Of a stretch of 64,000 nt of DNA, positions 27,247 to 35,950 are shown in pieces (within the stretch, counting starts at the first letter, position 1; every line of letters starts with the position of its first letter). Under the pieces are notes generated by a model. It was not told the origin of the DNA, did no database searches, and saw only the letters and a program-made list of their open reading frames with translations. The stretch covers positions 532,982 to 596,981 of the forward strand of contig CAWGJT010000006.1 in assembly GCA_963822965.1 (NCBI GenBank), written 5' to 3'. The position numbers and the translations under genes were made by a program. Source of the stretch: an uncultured delta proteobacterium. Its GTDB lineage: Bacteria; Myxococcota_A; UBA9160; UBA4427.

Positions 27247-28314
27247 TCACGGCGCAACCCACGCCGGTCCGGTCTCGGCGCGCACCAGGTCCACCGCGTG
27301 CGCCAGGGTGTCGAGCCGATCGCTCAGGGTCGTGCCGGCCGGATGCAGCATCAGCGTCGTCACGCCGGCGGCCGCGTACGCGCGGATCCGCTCGCGCACC
27401 ATCTCGTCGCTGCCGATCAGGCTGGTCTGGACCACCATCTCGTCGGGAATCCGCCGGACGGCCTGCTCCCGACGGCCGGCGAGCCACAGCCGCTGGCTCT
27501 CGACCGCCACGTCTGCGAACCGGCCCCGACGGAACGCCGCGTTGTAGAAGTTGTGACGCTCCGATCCCATGGCGCCGAGGGTGAAGGCGAGGCCCTGCTT
27601 GCGGGTCTCCAGGGTGCGATCCACGTCGTCGCCGAACGCCACGGTGCCGCCCACCTGCAGGTCGAGATCGGCGAGACGGCGGCCCGCGCGCCGCGCGCCC
27701 GCTTCGATGTGCTCGAAGAAGGCGCCGGCGTTCTCGGGCGTGAAGGAGGTGCCGATCCAGCCGTCGGCCAGCTCGCCGGTCAGCTCGAGGCTGCGCGGAG
27801 ACAGCGTCGCCAGGTAGACGGGGATGTCCGGATTCGCCGGCTGGGAGAGGCGAAGGGCCTTGCCCTCGCCGCCGGGTCGGGGGAGCACGAAGTGCTGCCC
27901 CCGGTAGGAGAGGGTCTCACCCGCGAACGCCTTCCGGACGATCTCGATCGTCTCGCGCATGCGGGTCACCGGCTGGCCGAAGGACACACCGTGCAGGCCC
28001 TCGACCACCTGCGGGCCGCTGGCGCCGAGCCCGAGCACGAAGCGATCGTTCGAGATCGCGGCCAGGGTGAGCGCCGTCATGGCCGTCATCGAGGGGACCC
28101 GGGCGCTGATCTGCATGATGCCGGTGCCGAGCCGGATCCGCGACGTCCGCGCCGCGATGAAGGCCAGCGGCGCGACGGCGTCCATGCCCCACGCCTCCGC
28201 GGACCAGGCGAAGTCCACGCCGAGGCTCTCCGCCTCGGTGGCGTAGGTGACGACGTCCTGCCAGTCGCGGCGCCGACCGGAGGCGGCCCCACCGATTCCG
28301 ATTGCGATCTGCAA
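27247..28314 (-). CDS. LLM class flavin/F420-dependent oxidoreductase
   Basis: QIAIGIGGAASGRRRDWQDVVTYATEAESLGVDFAWSAE...; TTG start at 28314 after GGGAGC (alternative ATG at 28374). Confidence 0.65.
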   Translation of the reverse strand: MQIAIGIGGAASGRRRDWQDVVTYATEAESLGVDFAWSAEAWGMDAVAPLAFIAARTSRIRLGTGIMQISARVPSMTAMTALTLAAISNDRFVLGLGASGPQVVEGLHGVSFGQPVTRMRETIEIVRKAFAGETLSYRGQHFVLPRPGGEGKALRLSQPANPDIPVYLATLSPRSLELTGELADGWIGTSFTPENAGAFFEHIEAGARRAGRRLADLDLQVGGTVAFGDDVDRTLETRKQGLAFTLGAMGSERHNFYNAAFRRGRFADVAVESQRLWLAGRREQAVRRIPDEMVVQTSLIGSDEMVRERIRAYAAAGVTTLMLHPAGTTLSDRLDTLAHAVDLVRAETGPAWVAP

Positions 28315-28385
28315 CGAGGCTCCCGGACGGTGCAGGCGCCCTCGCGAGCGCCTTCTTTTCGCGGAGGTCGCCATCTTAGCCTGCA

Positions 28386-29732
28386 TCAGCGCCGGAGCGC
28401 CCACACGGCGGCCAGGCCCAGGGCGCCCGCGAACAAGCTCCCCGGGAGCCCGCCCGCGACGGGGACCCGGGCCCGCGGCGCAAACGGCCCGCTCACCTCG
28501 TAGGTCGTCCCCGGCAGTCGCTGCGAGCTGAAGTAGAGCCGCCGGCCGTCGGGAGACAGGGCGGGCCCGGTAATCTCGCTGCCGTCCTGTCCCACGACCT
28601 GCACCACGGGCTTCACGCCACCATCCGGGGTGAGGGCCACGATCTGCATGTTGCCCCCGTCTTCGGCGACGTAGACGTCGCCCAGGGGTGAGACGTACAC
28701 GTTGTCCACCCCCGAGAGCTCCGGAGTCGGGCTGGTGGCCCGGTCGTAGACGATCTCGATCGTGTCCGCGTCGGTGTCGATCCGCCAGATGCGATCGTCT
28801 CCCTTGGTGGAGAAGTACACGCTCCCCGCGTGATGGAAGCAGCCCTCGCCGCCGTTGAAGCCCGTGGATCCAGGCACCTGGTAGCGCGTCGCGCGCTCCG
28901 CCACCGGAAGGTGGCTGGCGTTCTGCACGCCGCCGCCCGCCGGGTTGGGCTCGGGCACGGGATGCCACGCGAGCGGTCGCTCCTGTCCGGGCTGGATCGC
29001 TCCCTGGGCTGCCGGATCCAGGATCTCCGCCACCTCGAGCCTCCCGGCCGAGAGGTCGGGATAGCCGGCCGGCGACAGGCGGTACAGCCGGCCCGACGGC
29101 TTGTCCTCCGTGAGATGGACCGTGTGGTGGACGGGATCCACGGCCGCCGCCTCGTGGGAGAACGTTCCGAGGCCGGCCCGGAGACCACCCTGGGACCCGG
29201 GCGCGAACGGATCGCACTCGTAGACGCGTCCCCCGTCGACCTCCTCGCACGAGAGCCAGGTGCCCCAGGGCGTCGCGCCCCCGGCACAGTTGTGCGTCGT
29301 TCCCGTCAGGATCGGGTACGCGCCGACGACCGCCCCGTCCGCGGCGAAGCGCAACGCTCCGACCCCGCTGGAGCCGCTGCCGAGCTCACTGTTCGAGACA
29401 TAGACCCAGCCGCCGTCGGACGCCGGAAAGACGGCGCCGCCGTCGGGCGCGGCATGCCAGGTGTACCCGCTTCCCGGCACCACCTGCCCCGTCACGGCCA
29501 CGACCCGCGACCGAAAGCCCGGCGGCAGCATCAGGCCGTTGGCGTCCGGCGGCTGCAACGGCCCGATGTCGTCGACGCCGGACGCGCGCGCTACCGGTAC
29601 GACCACCGACCCGCCGGCCAGACCCAGACCCAGGACCGTGGCGCCGCGGATTCCGCGACGAAGCAGGTCGCGACGCGACAGCGGCGGTAGCGGCGAGAGG
29701 AGCGGAGAGCCGGCAGCGGCTTCGTCGGTCAT
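28386..29732 (-). CDS. Tat-secreted PhoX/DUF839-like beta-propeller protein with C-terminal hydrophobic anchor or sorting tail
   Basis: Twin-arginine signal SRRDLLRRGIRGATVLGLGLAGG; ends ...VPVAGGLPGSLFAGALGLAAVWALRR; strong RBS GAGGAGGGGGGGAGAG before ATG 29732. Confidence 0.55.
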   Translation of the reverse strand: MTDEAAAGSPLLSPLPPLSRRDLLRRGIRGATVLGLGLAGGSVVVPVARASGVDDIGPLQPPDANGLMLPPGFRSRVVAVTGQVVPGSGYTWHAAPDGGAVFPASDGGWVYVSNSELGSGSSGVGALRFAADGAVVGAYPILTGTTHNCAGGATPWGTWLSCEEVDGGRVYECDPFAPGSQGGLRAGLGTFSHEAAAVDPVHHTVHLTEDKPSGRLYRLSPAGYPDLSAGRLEVAEILDPAAQGAIQPGQERPLAWHPVPEPNPAGGGVQNASHLPVAERATRYQVPGSTGFNGGEGCFHHAGSVYFSTKGDDRIWRIDTDADTIEIVYDRATSPTPELSGVDNVYVSPLGDVYVAEDGGNMQIVALTPDGGVKPVVQVVGQDGSEITGPALSPDGRRLYFSSQRLPGTTYEVSGPFAPRARVPVAGGLPGSLFAGALGLAAVWALRR

Positions 29733-29847
29733 CTCTCCCCCCCTCCTCTCGGACCAGTGTGCCCGAAGTCGCGCTCGAGCACTCGTCCGGATTGCAGCGC
29801 GCACCCGCGCACTGGATGGGAGCTGCGGCGGTTCGTATCATGCGCCC

Positions 29848-30339
29848 ATGTCGATTCGAACCGCGGGCCACGCCAGGCCGCGAGGCAGCATCCTGATCCT
29901 GGTGGCCGGCGGGATCCTCGCGGCGGCGGGGGTGGGCTGCGCGACCTCGCACACCTACATCGCGGAGGTGGGCCTGCAGGGGGCGATCGGCGGCACGTGC
30001 ATCATGGGCGCCCTCGACTCGGAGCCCGACGTCGTCGACCTGATCCGGACGAGCGAGAGCGAGATCTCCTTCCGCGTCTCGCTCCCCGGCGTGAAGCGCA
30101 AGCACTGGCCGGCGTTCTCGATCTCCGAGGAGCAGGACCCGGACGGGGCTCCCCTCCTCTCGCTCTCGACCGACTATGAGACCGGCTGGCTCGAGCCCGA
30201 CGCGCAGGCGCAGCTGCAGCGCGCCCGAAGGCTGGCCAGCGACATCACCGAAGGCTGCACGGGACATCGCCCCACCCTGGGCGAGGCCCGGGCCTGCGGC
30301 GCCGGGGAACGCGACGACCTGTGCGTGACGGGGCGCTGA
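29848..30339 (+). CDS. hypothetical Cys-containing secreted protein / lipoprotein candidate
   Basis: MSIRTAGHARPRGSILILVAGGILAAAGVGCATS signal; 6 Cys; strong GC3 bias; no recognisable family. Confidence 0.4.
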   Translation: MSIRTAGHARPRGSILILVAGGILAAAGVGCATSHTYIAEVGLQGAIGGTCIMGALDSEPDVVDLIRTSESEISFRVSLPGVKRKHWPAFSISEEQDPDGAPLLSLSTDYETGWLEPDAQAQLQRARRLASDITEGCTGHRPTLGEARACGAGERDDLCVTGR

Positions 30340-30344
30340 GCGCG

Positions 30345-30367
30345 TCCCGCGCCCCTCGGGCGCGAGC
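30345..30367 (+). terminator. GC hairpin directly after the stop codon (candidate rho-independent terminator without a U-tract)
   Basis: cgcgccc-ctc-gggcgcg, 7-bp perfect stem, starting 9 nt after the TGA at 30337-30339. Confidence 0.3.
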
Positions 30368-30559
30368 GCGCCGCGCTCCGACCGGGTCCTTCTGCGGAAC
30401 CCAGCCCGGACGAGGCCGTCGTCGCCGGACGCCGTGAGCTCCCGCGCCGCCCGTACGCTGCATTGACCTTGCCGGAGGGGTGGGAGAAGATGCGCATGGG
30501 TCGCGTGGCGCCTTCGCAACGGGGTGCGCCGGCGGCTTCGACCGGACGGCTCGAGAGGC

Positions 30560-31177
30560 ATGCGTTTGCCCAACATCGTCTATGGCCTTTGCGCCGCCGT
30601 GGGCGGCACCGTCATGGCCCTGCAGTTCATCACCTCCGCCGTCGGACTCGGGTCGGACCACGGCGGCGACATGGTCGGAGACCACGGCGGCGGCTTCGGC
30701 GACCACGGCGGCGGCATGGGCGGGGACGGCCACGACGCCGGCGACGGCTTCGACGACCACGACTCGAGCTGGTTCTTCGGGGTCCTGAGCTTCCGCACCC
30801 TGATCGCTGCCCTGACGTTTTTCGGGCTGGCGGGCCTGGCGGGCGGCAAGAGCGGCTGGGATCCGAACACCACGCTCGTCGTCGCCGTCCTGTGCGGTGC
30901 CATCGCCCTCTACGGCGTCTACTGGCTCGGCGTCGGGCTGAGCCGGCTGCAGGCCGATGCGACCGTCCAGGTCCAGGGTGCGATCGGGTCCCACGGCACC
31001 GTCTACCTGCGCGTGCCCGCCGGGCGCTCCGGCGTCGGAAAGGTGCACATCAGCCAGCAGAGTCGGACGATGGAGTACGAGGCCGTCACCGAGGGCCGGG
31101 AGCTGCCGGTGGGCGCCAACGTGGAGGTGGTCGCCGTCGCGGGCTCCGAGGTGGTGGTGGTCAGGGAAGCCAACTGA
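30560..31177 (+). CDS. NfeD-like membrane protein (OB-fold partner of flotillin) with His/Gly/Asp-rich insert
   Basis: TM segment, then SDHGGDMVGDHGGGFGDHGGGMGGDGHDAGDGFDDHD, then TMs and a C-terminal beta-rich OB domain (GTVYLRVPAGRSGVGKVHIS...VEVVAVAGSEVVVV). Confidence 0.65.
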   Translation: MRLPNIVYGLCAAVGGTVMALQFITSAVGLGSDHGGDMVGDHGGGFGDHGGGMGGDGHDAGDGFDDHDSSWFFGVLSFRTLIAALTFFGLAGLAGGKSGWDPNTTLVVAVLCGAIALYGVYWLGVGLSRLQADATVQVQGAIGSHGTVYLRVPAGRSGVGKVHISQQSRTMEYEAVTEGRELPVGANVEVVAVAGSEVVVVREAN

Positions 31178-31204
31178 GCCAAGTCGGGAGCGGGGATCGT
31201 CGCC

Positions 31205-32797
31205 ATGCTGGAGTCCTGGAACGGCCTGAACGTCTACTGGATCGCGCTCATCGCGCTCGTCGCCACCGTCTTCTTCAGCACCCTCAACCTGATGCGTACG
31301 CGCTACAAGCGCTGCCCGGCCAATCGCATCCTGGTGATCTACGGCTGGCCCAACCGCGGGCAGGCGGCCAAGTGCATCCACGGCGGCGCCAAGTTCGTCC
31401 TGCCGCTGGTGCAGGAGCACGCGTATCTCAGCCTCGAGCCCATCCAGATCGAGGTCCCGCTGCGGGGCGCGCTGTCCATGGAGAACATCCGTGTCAACGT
31501 GCCGAGCGTCTTCACGGTCGCCATCGGCACGACGCCCGACCTGATGCAGAACGCCGCGGTCCGCCTGCTGGGTCTCGACATTCCCGACATCAAGAAGCAG
31601 GCCGAGGACATCATCTTCGGCCAGCTGCGCCAGGTCATCGCTTCGATGAAGATCGAGGACATCAACCGCGACCGCGACAAGTTCCTCGAGAGCATCCAGG
31701 CCTCACTCGAGCCGGAGCTGAAGAAGATCGGGCTGCTCCTCATCAACGTGAACATCACCGACATCACGGACGAGTCGGGCTACATCGAGGCGATCGGCCG
31801 CAACGCCGCCAGCCAGGCGATCCAGCAGGCGCGCGGCGACGTCGCCGAGCAGGAGAAGCTCGGCGAGACGCGCGTGGCCCAGGCCGAGCGCGACCAGATG
31901 ATCCAGGTGGCCAACGCCGCGAAGGAGCGCGAGATCGGCACGCGCGACGCGGAGCGCGAGCGCGCGGTGCGCGTGGCCGAGCTCGAGAAGGCCCAGCGCA
32001 TCGGCGAGCAGACGGCCGCGTTCCAGCGGGAGTCGCAGATCAAGGACGCCGAGCGGACGATGCGCGTCGAGGTCTCGGAGGCCAACGCCAAGGCCATCGT
32101 CGGCGAGAACGAGGCGCAGGCGCAGATCGCGGCCAGCGAGGCCACGCTGCAGGTGAAGCGCGCCGAAGCCTACTCGCTCGGCGAGACGCGCAAGCGGGAG
32201 GCCGAGGCCGAGGTGCTGGCGGCCCAGAATGTCGCGATGGCCAAGGCGGCCCTGGCCGACGCCGAGCGCGTGGAGGCCGAGCGGCGTGCCGAGCTCGAGG
32301 CGCCGGCCAAGGCGGAGCGGGCGCGGATCCTCGTCGAGGCCGAGGCCGAAGCCGGCAAGCGACGTCTCGAGGCGGAGGGCGATGCGTCCGCGATCTTCGC
32401 GCGCCTCGAGGCCGAGGCGAAGGGCCAGTACGAGATCCTCGCGAAGAAGGCCGAGGGTCTGCGACGGATCGTGGAGGCGTGTGGCGGCGCCGACCAGGCC
32501 TTCCAGCTGATGATGCTCGAACACCTCGACAACCTGGCCGAAGCGTCGGCACGGGCGATCTCGAACATCAAGTTCGACAAGGTCGTGGTCTGGGAGAACG
32601 GCGGCCACAACGGCAGCAGCGCGACCGCGGGCTTCCTGCAGAACATCGCGCGCTCCCTGCCCCCGATGCTCCAGGTGATGAAGGACATCGGCGGCGTGGA
32701 GATCCCGGAGACGCTCGCGCGCTTCGGGGAGGACGGAGCCGCCGCGCTCCCGGCCGACGACTCGAAGCCCGCCCCAAAGGCGCCGCCGGGCGCCTAG
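31205..32797 (+). CDS. flotillin (SPFH/band-7 family, FloT/YuaG-like)
   Basis: SPFH domain followed by a long Ala/Glu-rich coiled coil (EAEAEVLAAQNVAMAKAALADAERVEAERRAELEA); 530 aa. Confidence 0.85.
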   Translation: MLESWNGLNVYWIALIALVATVFFSTLNLMRTRYKRCPANRILVIYGWPNRGQAAKCIHGGAKFVLPLVQEHAYLSLEPIQIEVPLRGALSMENIRVNVPSVFTVAIGTTPDLMQNAAVRLLGLDIPDIKKQAEDIIFGQLRQVIASMKIEDINRDRDKFLESIQASLEPELKKIGLLLINVNITDITDESGYIEAIGRNAASQAIQQARGDVAEQEKLGETRVAQAERDQMIQVANAAKEREIGTRDAERERAVRVAELEKAQRIGEQTAAFQRESQIKDAERTMRVEVSEANAKAIVGENEAQAQIAASEATLQVKRAEAYSLGETRKREAEAEVLAAQNVAMAKAALADAERVEAERRAELEAPAKAERARILVEAEAEAGKRRLEAEGDASAIFARLEAEAKGQYEILAKKAEGLRRIVEACGGADQAFQLMMLEHLDNLAEASARAISNIKFDKVVVWENGGHNGSSATAGFLQNIARSLPPMLQVMKDIGGVEIPETLARFGEDGAAALPADDSKPAPKAPPGA

Positions 32798-32831
32798 ACC
32801 GGCTTGCCCGCGCGACGGCCCCCGGACGCGC

Positions 32832-33185
32832 TCAGAGGATTCCCGCCCGCACGCCCGCCCAGGCGCCCGCGCCACAGAGCAGCCAGACGACGGCCAGCAG
32901 CGCGGTGATGCCCCCCGGGCGCCCCCGATCCCGAATCTCCAGCACCGATGCGGTCGCGCTGAGCGCGCCGGTCACGCAGAGCCCGGCGATCGCCCAACCC
33001 CCGCCGTCCCGCCAGGCCACCACCAGCAGAGGCGCAACGAAGACGACCACGTGCGCGACCAGGACGAGCAGGATCGGCCACAGGGTGGGCTCGCGAACGA
33101 ACGGCAGGACGGCACGCTCGAGGCGCGACGGCCCGCGAAAGGCGTCGAGATCGAGCCTTCGCTCGCGGGGGCCTTCGGGCTGCAT
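32832..33185 (-). CDS. hypothetical small membrane protein (3 TM)
   Basis: MQPEGPRE...LWPILLVLVAHVVVFVAPLLVVAW...; strong GC3 bias; competing overlapping ORF in another frame. Confidence 0.35.
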   Translation of the reverse strand: MQPEGPRERRLDLDAFRGPSRLERAVLPFVREPTLWPILLVLVAHVVVFVAPLLVVAWRDGGGWAIAGLCVTGALSATASVLEIRDRGRPGGITALLAVVWLLCGAGAWAGVRAGIL

Positions 33186-33392
33186 CCGGATCGGGCTCGA
33201 CACGCCGTGGACTCCTTCGGCCCGGCGCTCCCCGCCCACGCGGGAAGCCCTCCGGACGCACGGGCTCGCAATCTTGTGCCTCAGTTTCGGCCCGGCGACA
33301 AGCGGTCCGCCCCCGGACCCGCCGGGCGGAAATCGTTGGCCGAGGCACCGCGCGGAGGGGCACAATAGCCGTCGGGCCAGAACGGAGGGGGT

Positions 33393-34166
33393 GTGGAGTA
33401 CTCACAGATCCTGTACGAGACCGAGGGTCCCGTCGCGACCATCACGCTCGACCGACCCGAGCGCCTCAACGCCTGGACGCCGCGCATGTCCCGGGAGCAG
33501 TGGCACGCCATCGAGCGGGCCAACGAAGATCCCCGGATCGGCACCATCGTCCTGACGGGCGCCGGCCGGGGCTTCTGCGCCGGCGCGGACGTGGGCGGCT
33601 TCCACGACCAGATCGAAGAGCAGCAGCAGGAGGAGCTCTCGACACCCGGGGACTGGGTGAAGCTCTGCCGCCGTTCGAAGCCGCTGATTGCGGCGGTCAA
33701 CGGCGCCTGCGTGGGCGTCGGGATGACCATGATCCTGCCCTTCGACGTCATCATCGCCTCGGAGCGGGCGCGCTTCGGAATGTTCTTCATCAAGATGGGA
33801 CTCGTGCCGGAGCTGGCGAGCACGCACTTCCTGGTGCAGCGGATGGGCTTCGCCAAGGCGAGCGAGCTCTGCCTGTCCGGGCGCCTCTACTCCGCGGGCG
33901 AGCTGGCGGGCCTGGGGCTGTTCAACGGCCTCGTGCCGCCGGACGAGCTGCTGTCACGGGCCGGCGAGCTCGCGCTCGAGATCGCGGCGAACCCGGATCC
34001 CCAGCTGCGCATGATCAAGGACCTGCTCAGCCGCAACGGGAGCGAGCCCGACCTCGACGTGGTGCAGTCCCGGGAGCTCGAGCTGTTGAAGCGCTGCTAC
34101 GACACGCCCGAGCACCACGAGGCCGTCGCAGCCTTCATGGAGCGGCGGACACCTCGCTTCCGCTGA
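33393..34166 (+). CDS. enoyl-CoA hydratase/isomerase (crotonase) family
   Basis: IVLTGAGRGFCAGADVGGF; GTG start after GGAGGGGG. Confidence 0.8.
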   Translation: MEYSQILYETEGPVATITLDRPERLNAWTPRMSREQWHAIERANEDPRIGTIVLTGAGRGFCAGADVGGFHDQIEEQQQEELSTPGDWVKLCRRSKPLIAAVNGACVGVGMTMILPFDVIIASERARFGMFFIKMGLVPELASTHFLVQRMGFAKASELCLSGRLYSAGELAGLGLFNGLVPPDELLSRAGELALEIAANPDPQLRMIKDLLSRNGSEPDLDVVQSRELELLKRCYDTPEHHEAVAAFMERRTPRFR

Positions 34167-34611
34167 GGGTCGTCTCGGGCGCCGCACCGCGCACGATCGT
34201 CGCGAGACGCCACGCCGCGAGCACGGACAGCGCCCCGAAGCCGCCCAGCAACCCGAGGACGAGGCCGGGCGTCCGCAGGGCGTGAGGCAGCAGGGGGGTC
34301 GCCAGCCCCGCGAGCCCCGCCATCGCCAGGGACGGCCGCAGCCCGAAGCCCAGCTCGCACCCCAGCAGGAACAGGACGGCCACGCTCGCGGCCACCACCC
34401 AGGCGTTCGTCCAGCTGGCGGCCCAGGCGACGAAGGGCCGGGGCCAGGCGGCCGTCGACCAGTCGTCCCAGCGCAGCCGGAAGGGGTTGCCGCCCGCGAA
34501 GGGCGCCTCGGGATCGGCGTGCGGGTCCATGCCCCGAGGCGTATCGAAGAGTCCCCGCTCCTCGGCCCGGGCGAGAGGGGCCAGCAGGCGGCCGACCAGC
34601 AGGCCGGGCAT
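34135..34611 (-). CDS. hypothetical membrane protein
   Basis: MPGLLVGRLLAPLA...WDDWSTAAWPRPFVAWAASWTNAWVVAASVAVLFLLG...; coding-like GC3; start uncertain; 3' end overlaps the crotonase gene by 31 nt. Confidence 0.35.
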   Translation of the reverse strand: MPGLLVGRLLAPLARAEERGLFDTPRGMDPHADPEAPFAGGNPFRLRWDDWSTAAWPRPFVAWAASWTNAWVVAASVAVLFLLGCELGFGLRPSLAMAGLAGLATPLLPHALRTPGLVLGLLGGFGALSVLAAWRLATIVRGAAPETTLSGSEVSAAP

Positions 34612-34680
34612 GGCTGCCAGGGACTGGCCGAGGCCGTACTTGGCGTAGAAGTGCTGACGGTGCTGCGCCTCGGCGCCCGC

Positions 34681-35673
34681 ATGCCGGGCCGGCTGGTGGC
34701 CGTCTTCGCGCCCCTGGCACTCGTCGCCCTGCCCCGCTTCTACGGTCACGCCTTCAACAACTCGAAGGACATCCCCTTCGCGTGTGCGTTCGTCTGGGCC
34801 GTTCACGCAAGCTGTCGGCTGGCGTGTCGCGAGGCGGGCTCGCGCCTGGGCCCGGCGCTGCTCTGCGGGCTCGCCGTCGGCGCCGCCCTGGCCATCCGGC
34901 CGGGCGGTCTCCCGTTGCTGCTCGGGCTCTTCGGCCTGCTGCTGGCCTGGCGCCTGGGGGTGCGAGACGGCGGCGCCCGCGGCGCCTGGCGGGGGGTGCT
35001 GCAGGACGCCCTCGTGGCCTGGGCCGCGGCCTGGCTCGTGATGGTGGCCCTGTGGCCCTGGGCGCACGAGAGCCCCGTGCTGAACCCGCTGCGCGCCGTG
35101 GCCCTGCTGGCGGGCCTCGCGGCAGCTTCGCTCGTCGAGGTGCTGGCGACGCTCGCGCAGCGGCACGCGGGGCCGCGCCCGGCTGCCCGGGTGCGCGTCG
35201 CAACGGTCTGCGCGATGGGCCTGACCCTGGCCACGGCCTTCGTCCAGCACGTCCGCCTGCACCCGTACCAGAGCACCTACTTCAACGCGCTGGTGGACGG
35301 CGTGGCCGGGGCGGACGGCCGCTACGAGACCGACCACTGGCTGTCCAGCTACAAGGAAGCCATCGAATGGGTCAACGCCCGCACCGCCGGCGCCGGCCGC
35401 GAGGTGACGGTGCTGGTGGCCGCCGATCCCTACTCGAGCGACTGCGCGGCGAGCTTCCTCGGCCCCGGCGTCTGCATGGTCCGAACCGTCGAGCAGGGGG
35501 TGGGCGGGGCCCTGCCCGAGCCCTTCGATTTCTACGTCGCCACCACGCGCTACGGGCTGGACGCGAACTTCCCGGGGTCCGAGGTCGCCCATCGGGTCGG
35601 GCGGCTGGGAGCCACCTTCACGGTGATCCGCGCGCGGGAAGGCGGGGCAGAACGCAGTCTCGCGGGGCGCTAG
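34681..35673 (+). CDS. membrane protein resembling the C-terminal two-thirds of GT39/ArnT/PMT-family glycosyltransferases (N-terminal catalytic part not found)
   Basis: ...HPYQSTYFNALVDGVAGADGRYETDHWLSSYKEAIEWVNARTAGAGREVTVLVAADPYSS...; typical GT39 C-terminal periplasmic domain preceded by TM helices. Confidence 0.45.
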   Translation: MPGRLVAVFAPLALVALPRFYGHAFNNSKDIPFACAFVWAVHASCRLACREAGSRLGPALLCGLAVGAALAIRPGGLPLLLGLFGLLLAWRLGVRDGGARGAWRGVLQDALVAWAAAWLVMVALWPWAHESPVLNPLRAVALLAGLAAASLVEVLATLAQRHAGPRPAARVRVATVCAMGLTLATAFVQHVRLHPYQSTYFNALVDGVAGADGRYETDHWLSSYKEAIEWVNARTAGAGREVTVLVAADPYSSDCAASFLGPGVCMVRTVEQGVGGALPEPFDFYVATTRYGLDANFPGSEVAHRVGRLGATFTVIRAREGGAERSLAGR

Positions 35674-35705
35674 TCCTGATCCGTCATGCGGATCAGGGCG
35701 CAACT

Positions 35706-35892
35706 CCCAATGCCTGCCGAATCGCTGCCTCTTGCTCGGTCCGTGCCGCGATCCGAGCCCGACGCCAGGACCTCATGGGAATGAGGTTGTCGCGCTCAGG
35801 CTGGTTCCGCCGTCCTCGCACGATCCGCGAGGCCTGGCAGGGGCTGCGGCACGCAGGAAGCACGCTGAATGACGCATTGGGGCTAGCAGGCC
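35706..35892 (+). repeat. dispersed ~187-bp intergenic repeat, copy 2 (about 91% identical to 11847-12032)
   Basis: See copy 1; lies between the GT39-like gene and prs, same orientation as copy 1. Confidence 0.8.
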
Positions 35893-35950
35893 GACCCCCG
35901 ATGGGTCGGCTCGTGCCGGCGGGGGCCCGCCGTTGCTATCCTTGCGCGCG

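Noticed and set aside
29733-29847. TATCAT -10-like hexamer ending 6 nt before the ATG at 29848 (possible leaderless transcript)
   Set aside because: A single occurrence and an uncertain start-codon choice; too weak to call.
34135-34700. Hypothesis that the GT39 N-terminal half was inverted onto the minus strand (invertible segment / phase variation)
   Set aside because: The minus-strand product lacks the GT39 DE motif and N-terminal architecture. The inverted repeat flanks only a 69-bp spacer rather than the segment.
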